The translations under genes and the position numbers were made by a program. Shown in pieces: positions 1 through 12,279 of a DNA stretch of 64,000 bases. The DNA is from Cycas panzhihuaensis. Lineage: Eukaryota > Plantae > Cycadophyta. Under the pieces are notes generated by a model that saw nothing but the letters and a program-made list of their open reading frames with translations, searched no databases and was not told the origin of the DNA. How positions within the stretch are numbered: position 1 is the stretch's first letter; every line of letters starts with the position of its first letter. The DNA is taken from positions 36,835,741 through 36,899,740 of the forward strand of contig CM041465.1 in assembly GCA_023213395.1 (NCBI GenBank). Direction: 5' to 3'.

Positions 1-2940
1 TTTACTATCTGTTAGCAAGTTGGACAAGCAACAGATGAGTGTATTGTTCCAAAATGGGAAATGTATAATCAGTGACAAAGAAGACCAAGTAGTAGCTGTT
101 GGCTATGAGGATCAAGGCCTCTACAAGTTGGATGCAAATAATATAACACTTAATTCTGCTTACTCTGGTTTCATTGTCACTCCTTACTTGTCCAAGATGC
201 AACTTTGGCATCAATGTCTAGGCCATTTGAGCTTAGACAATTTGAGGCAGATGATCAACAAGAACATGGTACATGGGCTTCCTAAGATTTATGGAATGAA
301 ATGTGTTTGTGAAGCATGCATTATGGGAACTCAACATTGCCTGTATTTCCCTAAAGGTAAAGCGTGGCGTGCATCACATCCTCTGCAGCTAGTACATTCG
401 GATTTGTGTGGACCTATGTCCACATCATCTTTTGGAGGAGCTTTGTATTACATCTCCTTCATTAATGACTTTTCTCACAAAGTTTGGGTCTATTTCATCA
501 AATACAAATCTAAAGCATTTTCCAAGTTCAAAGAATTCAAACTTGAAGTGGAAAATGAGTCTGGCCATTCAATCAAAACATTCAAGACAGACAATGGAGG
601 TGAATTTACATCAAATGAATTCACCCAATACTGCAAGGATAACGGCATTCGGAGACAACTGACGATACCTCACACTCCTCAACAAAATGGAGTCTCTGAA
701 TGGATGAACAAAACTTTGGCCAATAAAGCCAAAGCTATGATGTATGCACAAGGACTCACTCGAGCTTACTGGGTAGAAGCATTTCACACAGCTGCCTATG
801 TGGCTAATCGCAGTCCTACTATAGCAGTCACCAACATGACACCCGAGGAAGCATGGTCTGGCAAAAAGCCTACTGTCAGCCATTTGAGGACTTTTGGGTG
901 CACTGCTTATATGCACATTTCCGATCAACAAAGGAAGAAATTAGACAAACATAGTCTGAAATGCGCTTTTGTAGGGTATGCCATTCACAACAAAGCCTAC
1001 AAGTTGTATGATCCAACAGGGAAGAAAATGCACCTCTCAAGAGATGTCATCTTTGTTGAAGAAGATTACAAGGAGATGCAAACAACATCCATGCAACCTC
1101 CCATTGACAAAGGCAAGAAGATTGTTGAGGCCTTCCTTCCCTCTCAATCCTCTACACCATGTTCATCATCTGCACCAACTGGACCGTCTACTTCAACTGA
1201 ATTTGCTCCACTTGATCCAAGCATATCTTCTGTTGACCAACCACTTACACCAGAAGATCTTGAGGTTCAAGTAACTTCCATTCAAAAGTTACCTAAATGG
1301 TATATACAAACAGTTCAGGACGGTCACATCATTGAAGGAAAACATCCATCTAAATATCGACAACAAACCAATTATGCACTTATGGCTGAAGTGCTTTATG
1401 TTGATGAGCCTTCCACTTTTGAGGAGGCTTCTAAAAATGAAAATTGGAAGGCTGCCATGGATGAAGAACTCCATTCTATTGAAAAGAATGGTACTTGAAA
1501 TTTGGTTGAATTGCCTAAACACAAACAGGCAATCAGTTACAAATGGGTCTATAAGACCAAATTCCATTCTGATGGTTCACTTAAAAGGCAGAAAGCTTGC
1601 CTTATCGCAAAAGGATTTAAACAAAAAGAAGGTATAGATTATGAAGAAACTTTTGCACCAGTGGCAAACATGAATACCATCAGATTTCTCTTGGCCTTAG
1701 CTGCTCAATGTAAATGGCCTGTTTACCAGATGGATGTGAAGAGCGCCTTTCTTAATGGCAATCTTTAGGAGGAGGTATATTTGGAGCAACCTCCCGGTTA
1801 CAAAATACAAGGTAAGGAGCATCTTGTATATCGCCTAAAAAAAGCGTTATATGGCTTGAAGCAATCTCCAAGGGCATGGTACTCGAAGATCGGTGACTAC
1901 TTCTTGAGACATGGGTTTCACCGATCTACTTCAGATCCTAATCTATATATAAAAAATGAAAAGAACCATGTAATTTTTATTGCCTTGTATATAGATAACT
2001 TAGTGATCACTGGTAGTGATACTAAGATGATTCATATTCTCCAAGATGACTTAAAGAGAAGTTTCGAGATGACATATTTTAGACTTCTCCATTATTTTTT
2101 AGGCTTTGAGATATGGTAACAGCCAGGCTATATCTTCATCTCCCAAGTGAAATATTCTTGGGATATTTTGCAGCGGTTCAGGATGCATGACTGCAAATCA
2201 GCGCCTACACCTATGGAGAATGGATCTAAGCTTACTCTCAATGAGGAAGCTGCACCAGCAGATCCCACACTTTACCGACAGTTGATTGGGAGTCTCATTT
2301 ATCTCACCAATACTCGACCAGATATTTCATTTGCTGTTGGGATTTGCTCACGTTACATGTCTCAATCCAATCAGATACATTGGAATACAGCCAAACGCAT
2401 ACTTAAGTACATCAAACGCACATTACAGCATGGCCTTGAGTATGCACATAATGAGAACTTCACTCTGGAAGGGTTCTCAGACTCTAATCGGGCAGGTTGC
2501 CAAGATAGCAGGAAATCAACCTCGAGATATTGTTTTTCCCTTGGTTCAGCAATTGTTTCGTGGAGTTGCAAGAAGCAACCCAATGTTACCTTTTCCTCCA
2601 CCGAAGCAGAATACAAAGCTGCAGTCAGTGCAGCTTTTGAGGCTATCTGGCTATGATGGATTCTTGAGGAACTTGGACTTGAGCAGGATCACCCCACCAG
2701 GATATATTGCAACAATCAAAGTATGCTCAAGTTAGCTAAGAATCCAGTCTTTCATGCGCAGACAAAGCACATCGAGGTTCACCATCACTTCATCAGAGAG
2801 CATGTTCAAAATGGTGAGATCAACCTCCAGTACAGACCTACAGAGGAGTAGACAGTAGACATCTTTACCAAGCCTCTTGGTAGAGAAAAGTTTATAAAAT
2901 TCAGAGATGGTCTTGGTGTCTGACTTAACATTGTAAATAG
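1..2940 (+). pseudogene. Copia pol polyprotein with in-frame stops
   Basis: Single frame broken by TGA/TAG/TAA at about 1496, 1766, 2117, 2654, 2848 and 2921, each consistent with C>T or G>A from TGG/CAG/CAA/CGA. Confidence 0.93.
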
Positions 2941-2950
2941 TAAGGGGGGG

Positions 2951-3503
2951 TGTTAAACCTTATGTTTACATGTTAAGATAATGTACTTTTATTTTAATGT
3001 AATATGTGTACTTTTTACTTTAGGGGTGACTTATCACTTAAGTGATAAAGTACACACCCACATTCCTTCTAGTGACACAACGTTGTCACTAAAGGGTCAA
3101 ATGGACCCTTATGCATTTTTGCTCACATGAGAGCCCAAAAGGACACATGTCCTACATGCAAGGCATGTATCTTGGATGTTTGACACTTGTAAAACATCCA
3201 AGGCCTTAGGTCTCTCATTTCACTCTATATAATGAGACCTCTCCTCAATGTCTCATAAGAGAGTTGGAGTTGTATTGTTATGTTATCAGTTTGCTAATTA
3301 AACTGTTCATTCTTTGGAGGTTGGACCAATTCTAACTCCACATATTGGGTATCATTTTCTCTTGCTCCTTCATTCATGTTTTGTCTCTTTGCTTTCTCTT
3401 TACCTTGAGATTATTATACTTGTTTGTATTTCTACAACTAGAACTAGAGTGATCCTAGTTTCTAGATCTAGGGACTATTGAGGCCATCTAGCCTCTTTTC
3501 ACA
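2951..3503 (+). repeat. Copia 3' LTR (553 bp, TG...CA)
   Basis: Starts tgttaaacct directly after the PPT and ends tttcaca. Colinear with the LTR at 56680-57227. Confidence 0.92.
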
Positions 3504-4800
3504 AGTACTATAGTATTTCTTTATGAAAATATTATCACAAGATTTGGATGTCCCCTGGAATTGGTAAGTGATAGGAGAACACATTTTATAAATAAAACAA
3601 TTTATTGTTTAACTCAAGAATTTATTATTACACATCATAAATCGACACCTTACTACCCACGAGCGAACAGACAAGATGAGTAATAACATAATAGTGATAA
3701 TGTTAACAAAATTATGCAATACAAACAGAAATGATTGGGTGGAACACTTACATTCAGTATTATGGGCTTTTATGATGGTTTACAAAACTTCAACAGGTCA
3801 TACACCGTTTTAGTTAGTCTGTGGGACAAAAGAAATACTCCCTATAAAATTTATAGTGCTAAGTCTAAGGGTCGTGGTTCAGTAGAGATGGCCAAATGAA
3901 ACTAGTCTCCAGAATCGATTAGAAGCTATTCATAAACTTGACGAAAAACAAGATCAAGCACAGTGGGTGATGAACATAGTACAGTAACGGAGGAAAGAAT
4001 GGCATGACAAGAATTTACATCTGAAAATATTTAAAGGAGATTCAGTTCTCCAATACAGTGGTAAATACTATATGAAATCTTGTAAGCTTAAGGTTCGTTG
4101 GGTCGGTTCACTTTTAGTCAAAAGAATCTTTAGAATGGCTTGGTGGAAATAACACATATCAACGAGGATGGAGAATCAATGGTGGTTAATGGATCGAAAC
4201 TCAAATTATATAAGTACAACTAAAACAAGACATTGTGATTGCCTCACCGGCCTAAGAAAAGGTCCCAAGTAGTCATCATCCTCCATCAAAAGACAGGGTT
4301 GGTTGTCATACGTTGTACAACAGAGGGCACCATGTGGCACTAGCATCACACAGTAACAATTACCTCCCTACCCTACACCATTATGTAATATTGTGCTTAA
4401 AAAAAAAAAAAGAAAAAAAAAACAGAGAGAGAAGTATAGTTATTTAAAAAATTTTAAAAAGAAGAAGAAAAAGGTGTAGTTATTTATATATATATATATA
4501 ACTATAGTTATCTATATATAAAAAAAAGTGTAGTTATTAAGAAAAAAAAAGACGACTAACCACTGTTGGCGGCCAACCAACTGAATGATAATTGACAGCC
4601 TCGAACGACAATCGACAGTGCTGAATGGTGTCTGGCGGGCTTACCAGTCAGCAACTGGTTGACTGAGCAAGGTCGACTGATGGGGTCCACGGCCGGCCAA
4701 ACCATGGACCACCCATGGTTTTTCCCAAAACCATGGGTGGCCCATGGTTGGGGGTAAAACCATGGGCCAATGTGCCCCCCCACCCCCCCCAACTACTTCT

Positions 4801-4810
4801 CCTATAAAAC
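4801..4810 (+). promoter_or_regulatory. Candidate TATA box of an internal promoter in the Gypsy 3' region
   Basis: cctataaaac lies just after a GC-rich palindromic block (4560-4790) and about 25 nt before a pyrimidine-rich initiator-like stretch, upstream of the extra ORF. Confidence 0.4.
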
Positions 4811-5059
4811 GCAAAGGCCCCCCTTCCATTTTTTCTTATTAATTGATAAGGTAGGGAAGGTGAGACTCAAAAAGGCATAGTGGAGTCGAAGACCTAGAGA
4901 GAGTGGAGTTTGGGAGCCAGCAAGAGTCAGAGAACCTATGTTGATAATGTCTGGATTTGTAAAGTTTGCCTAGATTACTCTGCACTTTGTCGAATCATCA
5001 CAAAGGATGAATAAGCTAGATAAAGATATATAATTGTTGTTTTAGATTAGGGGATGATA

Positions 5060-6697
5060 AATCAGGTGGCAGATATTGGATTCTCTAGTATTACACAAAT
5101 GGATTGAATTGGTAGTAGAAGATCGAAATGCATTGTTGAAGGCACAATTAGCAAGTGTAGAAATAGTACAAGCTGCCTCATTTCTAGTCTTTTTGAAAAT
5201 TTTGGAAAAGTTATAGGATGTATTGAAAGGGTACAATTCCAAGGATAAAATGATAACCATCAATGAGAGAATTATAATGATAGAGAAAGAAGATATAGTA
5301 AGACTAACAAGATTTCTGAGGGAATGACAGGAGGTTAAAAAATTAGGGAATTTGACAATCACAATGAAAGATCATATCATTAAGGCAATGTGTCAAAAAG
5401 AATTCCACACCAAGCACGATGGGAGAGGCATTTTAGTGACACATCTAAAAACTACAAACGTAATGGTGGTTGTGATAATAATGTGTACCTGATTGCTAGG
5501 AGAATAGCGTTGTAATATATTACCATGGTGGACTACCACGTGCCTGCAAAGAATAATGAAGGGCATGATTTATAATTGGTCTACTTTTCTATCAGAAAAA
5601 ATAAAAATATCACTTCATCAACTAATCATAAGAACATAGTCTAGTTTCAACTTCACCTTGTACTTATTGGGGTTGTGGTACGAGAAGTTTCATCTACCTG
5701 GGTTAGCAAGAAGTCCAATGATCCTACTACTTTCTGCATTCTATAAAGGTTCATCCACACCAAAGAAGACTCGACCACAAGTACTAAAAGAGAGCCAAAG
5801 GGAGCAGACAAGGAAGCGCAAGGTCATCATGACACACAGGACAGATGAATCTGCATCTAATTCTTCCAATGACTCTAACGAAGATTATGTTGCAGATTAT
5901 TCAGATCTCAGTTCAAGTGGAGAGAAAGATGAGGAGGAAGAAGAAGGAAATGAACCTACGATGGAGGAGATCCTAGGGGCACTAGATTTGAATATTCCAG
6001 TATCTCTTATGATTAACAGTGAAATGGAAAGGTATGAAATAACATGAGCCACTACAGATAATCTGGCTAGTAGGGAGACATAACCAAATCTAGAACCTCA
6101 GCAGCACACAACAATTCTTGATGATCTTCAAGCAATGAAAGTTCAACACACTATCGTTACAAATGCATATCAGACAATAGTAGAAAAATAAGGGGCACTT
6201 ATAAAGACAATGGAAGATAACTTTCAAAAGATAAATAACTATGACCAACTCCAAAAGGAATGCTAGGAAGCCAAAGAATCATTAAGGAAGATAGAAGAAT
6301 CGTTGAAGAAAATGGAAGAATTATTATGCAAAAAGGAGAGTAAATACAGTCAAGTATGAAAAATAAATTAAGAAATGTGTAATCGAGAAGTTCATCATAT
6401 TTAGCAAATTAGTGCATTAGAGAAACAACTACGACAGGATGAAGAACGATCAGAACAACAGATCAAAGAATTATCATACCAGATAAATGAAGAGAAGACA
6501 CAACGTGAGAGAGTTCTTCAATGTGTTGAAGTAATTAGCCATGAAAATCAGAAGTGGTATCGCAAAGCCAATATTGACCCTATTTAGTCTAAGGGATCTT
6601 CTTTAGTATCACCAAAAGCCACAACTAAAGATTCAACTCCGCATTCTACTCAAGACATTATGGATCCAACTATTGTTGAGCGAGACGCTCAAAGCTA
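5060..6697 (+). pseudogene. Degenerate extra ORF of the Gypsy element (acidic Ser/Asp/Glu tract and C-terminal coiled-coil-like region)
   Basis: Purine-rich coding-like stretch between integrase and PPT. ORF 5658-6047 (RKRK...SDLSSSGEKDEEEEE) is followed by a Glu/Lys/Gln-rich, heptad-like sequence with scattered stops. Confidence 0.6.
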
Positions 6698-7070
6698 AAA
6701 GAGGGAGGTAGATGTTAGGTGTCAATTCTATTAATTATTTCATCTAAAAGAAATTAGTTTTGAGTTAGTTCAACTAGTTTCTAAACGATATATGATGGTT
6801 CAGATATGTATATATATGTAAAAAAGGAAAATTTGGGGTATGTAATGTGGCGCATCTGATCCTATCAGATGGTTCTGAACTTACTTGGGATGATCACATC
6901 CAACTCTTGTACATCTTGTTTTGATATAACATAAATAATAGTGCATATTGTGTTGTGCTTCGTTACATGTCTATACTGTGATTATTTGTACGTATATGGT
7001 ATAAGTGGTATGAATTATGTATGGATTAATTAAGTTGCAACTTCCTCTATCCTTCTCTTCCTAGTACGAA

Positions 7071-10000
7071 CCTATAGATTCGAGAAGTTGACACTACCTA
7101 TCAATTGCCTGTACAATGTTCCATCGACTGCAAATTCACTGTCATCTAGAGGAAAATCACAACCTACTTCCATAGGAGTGATGCAAGTGTTTCTTTCTTC
7201 TATCTTAAATTTTGATAGTAGATTTTTAATGTATCTACTATGGGACAAGGAAATTGAGTCTTCTTTTTGACCAACTTCTATTCCCAAATAGTAGTTTAGT
7301 AGTTATAGATCAGTCATTTCAAAGCCCCATTTTAGTTGTGACCTTATATTTACTATTGACTTAGTATCATTACCAATGAAAATCATATTATCTACATAAA
7401 TGGTGATAATTGTGATTAGTCCCTATTTCTTTTTGGTATTCTGAATAAAGTCAGAGCTGCATCTGCAAAAGCCATTCTAAATGAGATATTTATCTAATTT
7501 TGCATACTAGGTTCTCAGGGCTTATTTTAGCCCATACAATACCTTTTTTAATCTACAAACCAAATTTTCTTTTCCATGCTAGACAAATCCTTTAGGCTAC
7601 CTCATGTAGACTTCTTCTTCAAGTTCACCATTTAGGAAAGCATTTTTTACGTCCAATTGCTAAATCTTCTAATTGTTCTAAGCTACCAGGGCTATTACAG
7701 CTCTCACAATATCCAATTTGGGTACTAGTGAGAATGTATCATCGTAGTCTATTCTAACAGTCTGAGTGTATCCTTTGGCAACCAACCTAGCCTTGTATTT
7801 ACTGATTTTCCCATCAACGTCTTCCTTTATTTTAAATATCCATTTGCAATTCACCATTGGTTTACATGGAGGTAAATTTACTAGTTCCCAGGCTTGACTT
7901 TTAGAGATTGACTCCATTTCTTTGTTCATTGCAACCTCCCATTCCTTGTGTTCTTTTGCCTCTTCAAATGATTATGGTTCTATGTTTGTACACAGAGCTT
8001 GATGCCTTTGACTCATTATCCTGTGAGTATATATATCTCTTTTACTTTCTTCAATGGTTTTAAGATACCATCTTGATATCATTTTTTCCTTCTTTTTCTC
8101 TTCTTCTTTAGTGCTTGTATCTGTAGAATACAATCCTTCTTCTCCAACTGTAGAGATTTCATGAGATGCCCTCTCTAAATCATCTATCTCTATGTCTTCT
8201 GAGGTGATCCTAGAGACTTCTTAATCAAGAGGCTCTATTTGTAAAATTCTCTTGGGTGCCTCTTCAACTATTCATTGAATTGATGTGTCCTACATCCCTA
8301 CTTATATATATCTTATTTGTTTTAGTATCTATACATTTGTAGGATTTTCAATTTTTATTATAGCCTACCATTATGCATTCTATGTTTTTAGAATCTAGTT
8401 TTGATCTCCTTTTATCTAGAATATGAACAAAAGCTTTGTATCCAAATGCTCTTAGATTACTTACATCTAACTTGGTTCCAGTCCAAGTTTTTCTAGTGTG
8501 ATTTTCTCCAGGGCCTTCATAGAACTTCTATTTATAAGATACCTGGTTGTGCTGACTGTTTTAGCCCACTAGACTCTTGAGATTTGGCTCTCTTTAATCA
8601 TGCTATGAGCCATCTCCATGATTGTTTTGTTCATTCATTCAGTAATCCCATTGGATTATAGTGTGTACGGAGTTATGAGCTGTCTACATATTCCATATAT
8701 CTTGTAAAATTTCAAAAAATCTTTTGAGATGTATTCACCTCTACCATCCGACCTAACACATTTTATTTTTGCGCCATATTCTAGTTTGACTTCGACTTTA
8801 AACTCTTTAAATTTTTGAAAACCTCATATTTGTTTTAAAGAAAATAAACCCAGGATTTTCTAGAGAAATCATCAATGAGTGTTAGAAAATATCTAGTACC
8901 ATTAATTGAGCAGGGTGTAAGGAGACCACATAGATCAATATGCACCAATTCCAATTTGTTTTGGGCCCACCATTTATTCAATTTAAATGAAAAATAATGT
9001 TATTTTCTTAGTATGCAACTTTTGTAAACAAGATGTTGAAATGAGACATTTGGAAGTCCATTAACCATTTTGGACTTTTGTAACTACATTAACTTATCAG
9101 ATGAGATATACCCATATTTCAAATGCCACAATTTATTATTATTAATATTGGTTACAATACATGCATTTTCATTGATAGTCATATGTTTATAAAGTAACCT
9201 ACATAGGCCATTACTCTCTATACCTTTTGCAATTACAACTCCCTCCTATTTCATGTCCAAAATATGGCAATATCTATCTTTATTAAACACAGTCCTTAGC
9301 TTTTTCTTTCTCAGTTGAGAAACAGCGAGAAGATTCTTTTTTAACCCATGAACAAAGAGTACATTACCAATTTTCTATATACCCCATTTTATTTTAATTA
9401 CTATGGTGTTGACCCCTTTGATATTAAGAGGATGTTTATCCCCTAGTTTAACAAACCTGTTTGAGGTGTAGGGTTTTAGAGATTCGAACCAATCCTCTCG
9501 TCTAGTCATGTATCTTGATCTTTCAGAATCAATATACTGTACCTCCTCATCCTCGAGACTACTTATAAGTGCAACAACAAATGTAGTTTTTTCTTCATAT
9601 TCACCATTCTGCTCCTTGTTATAGTTTCCTGTGGGTCATTTTCCCTTCTAAATTTCAGCTCTCCTTTGTGGACATTGATATGGATAGTGCCCAATTTGTC
9701 TGCAGTAGTAATATATGTCAAAGGCTTTACAATTGCTAGAAAAAAGTCTTGATCTTCTATACTTAAAACATACTCTGGCTTCTCTGGGAGGTATGTTACA
9801 TCCTCGACCTTAGTTGTCTTGCCATCTTCCACGTGATATGCTTCTTGTGTATAGAGCTCTAGCACAACCATGAAACTAACCTCTTCCTCTTGGTCCTAAG
9901 TGGAGCTTGGTAAAAAAAGTGTCCTCTACCTCTATTGTATCTTTATATCACTTGTTTCTTTGTTCCTATCTCAACAACGATCTTGTCAATGTATCAAATG

Positions 10001-11442
10001 TCATTATATTAATTTGATCATTATTAGTGATTATGTTGATTATAACATCAAACAATTTCGACAGCTTGTTTGCTATCATTTCAACTATCTCTTGCTCTTA
10101 TATCTTTGCTTATGCACTTAACAAATCATTTCTAATTGAAACAACTTTATGAAGAAATTCTAAAATTATTTCTGTTTCTTTCATATGTAGCTTGAATAGG
10201 TCCTCCTTTAAAGTTATGATTCAAGCTCTATTCTTTTGTCCATATATATTCTCAAATATTTTCTAAAGTTCTGAGGATGGGCTCAAATTTTCAACATAAA
10301 TAAGGAGTGGATCTGAAATAGAGAGTTTTAATGTGATTAAACCTGTATTATCCCTTTCTTCCCAACTAAATAGGTCAATGTCATCATTAACAGATTTTTC
10401 TTTTAAGCCTGTGGCTATTTTCCATGCAGTTTTAGCTCACAACAATGTTTCTACTTTGATTTTCTATATATGATAATCAGTAGCAATAAGTTCGTCTTAA
10501 TCAGATAGAGTCAAGATTGTGGAAGATATTTTAAACAAAATCTGAGATAGAGGATTGTGTCTGGTCGTACAGTTATACAAATTTCTATACGAGAATAGAA
10601 GTGTACAGACTCGCAAGAAAGATACCTCAAATCAAACAGTTTTGTGAGGGGATCTCAGATCTGCAATTATTATCTGGAGATCATTCTTTGATTGAGAGAA
10701 AATAGGCTTGAAAATTCCAAAAGGGTGACTAGGGTTTTAATGAAAATCACTCTTAAATCTTTAAATCTTCAGCGAAATTCAACAAAATTAGATTCAATCT
10801 CTTTGAAATGCAGAAATGAATGGGTCAAGTTTGATTTTACCAAGTATTTCAAAGAATTTTTGAAGAAAATTAAGATTGAAAGTCTAAACTCACACGAGTA
10901 GAAAGAGGGTTAAAACTCCCTCAAAATGACTCCAAATGACTTTTCATCAATTAAGAAGTTTGATGTTTGTACAAAGATCTTCCTATTGGCCAAGTTTTGT
11001 TCAAATCTAATCACTTTGAGTTTTCTGCATTCGTTCTAGTCCGTATTGGTCTATGTAATTTCGTACATGGTTAAATTTTATAGTCTTCTTACTCCTCTAA
11101 CAAAATTAGATCTTGATCTTCTCTTTCTTGAGTTTCAAAAAATAATTTGAACTCGTTCTTCTCTTGCCATCTGAGTTTTATTTCAGAATGACTCTAATAA
11201 TTTGTAGATTCTTCTTGTCAATCAAGTAGGCTAACTTGATCTGATACCATGTTAAAGATCAGAAAGACATATAAGAATAATCGATGATTTATTATGAGAG
11301 ATCATTTACATATATATACAATTATATATTATGACCAACATATGTCTAAGTGATGTGGTAGACACTTGTTTAATGATATATAAAGAGGGGTTTTACATGA
11401 CACTTATTTACATATTCCTAGGTGAAACATTATACTCTAACA
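7071..11442 (-). mobile_element. Degenerate Copia (short-LTR family): 5' LTR, PBS, gag, PR, INT, RT; 3' end deleted
   Basis: 5' LTR 11250-11442. PBS TGGTATCAGA ends at 11249 (minus strand). RT fragments CKWIFKIK..KYKARLVAKGY (7678-7929) and LYRQLIGS (7072-7287). No RNase H or 3' LTR. Confidence 0.9.
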
Positions 11443-11589
11443 TGGACATCTTGTAATCATTAGTTTGTTTACTGCAGAATCAATACTTGTATTGAATATC
11501 TTCTCTAACTATTGAGTTATTTGCATCATGTAATTCTTATGTCCATGGGAAATTTCTAGTTATTAACGAACATTGCATGGCCAATGTGT

Positions 11590-12260
11590 GAGAAATAAAA
11601 TTGATCCAAGAATTATAAACACATAGGTTTCTAGTAGAATTAGTCTATCTTCAAAAGTTTTTCATTCATTAAAAATTTTGTATTTCTATGTACAATGTTC
11701 AATATAGATATTAATACAATTCATGATCAGTAATTGTCCACTAGATTAGTAACTATCTTCACAATTATCATTAGTTCATTAACAATTTCGTAATGGTTAC
11801 GAACCCATGTCACCTACTAAGTGATATCTATGTAACTCAACAAAATAACTCTTAGGACATAATGAGATTACAACACTATGCTATGACCCTAAGTAACATC
11901 CTAATATAAATTATGTAAACATTAATTCTAACACTCCCCTTTAATATTTATATTATTGACTCTTACACCAATACCCTCTCTAAATTTCTCAAATTTATCT
12001 TGAGTAAGTAGTTTGGTGAGTATGCTTGCTAACTATTCTTTTATAAGCTTGTAATCTAACTTAAACTTTTTATTCTAGATATGTTCCCTGATGAAATGGT
12101 GAAGCATTTCAATATATTTGGTGCGAGTATAGAATGCTAGAGTTTTAGCAATCTTTAGTATGTTGTAATTATCATTGTACAATTTTGCTATATTTTCTTA
12201 TCAAATACCTAGTCATCAAGAATTTGTTTCAAGAAAATAACATTTATTGGTAGAGGAGAC
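11590..12260 (-). mobile_element. Copia 3' end fragment (RNase H remnant, PPT, 3' LTR about 11590-11933)
   Basis: Minus strand shows TKYIEMLHHFIREH..LTKLL, then PPT aggggag and tgttagaa starting at 11933. The left LTR end is approximate. Confidence 0.75.
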
Positions 12261-12279
12261 TTTTGCTTTTCCTACTTAG

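Larger units (their letters stand above)
1..3503 (+). mobile_element. Ty1/Copia LTR retrotransposon, 3' portion (GAG-pre-integrase, integrase, RT, RNase H, PPT, 3' LTR)
   Basis: ORFs 20-1498, 1502-1768, 1781-2119 and 2147-2656 share one frame. Motifs: LWHQCLGH..CEAC, LVHSDLCGP, TDNGGEF, QQNGVSE (INT); [27 protein letters not shown] (RT); TKHIEVHHHFIR (RH). INT precedes RT, the Copia order. PPT aaggggggg ends at 2950. Confidence 0.97.
3504..7070 (+). mobile_element. Non-chromovirus Ty3/Gypsy (Athila/Tat-like) remnant: integrase C-half, long 3' region with extra ORF, PPT, partial 3' LTR
   Basis: About 3516-4220 translates FLYENIITRFGCPLELVSDRRTHFINKTI...HHKSTPYYPRANRQDE...KLKVRWVG...VVNGSKLKLY. 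PPT aaaagagggaggtaga ends at 6712 and the LTR begins tgttagg at 6713. Interrupted on the left by the Copia and truncated at about 7070. Confidence 0.85.
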
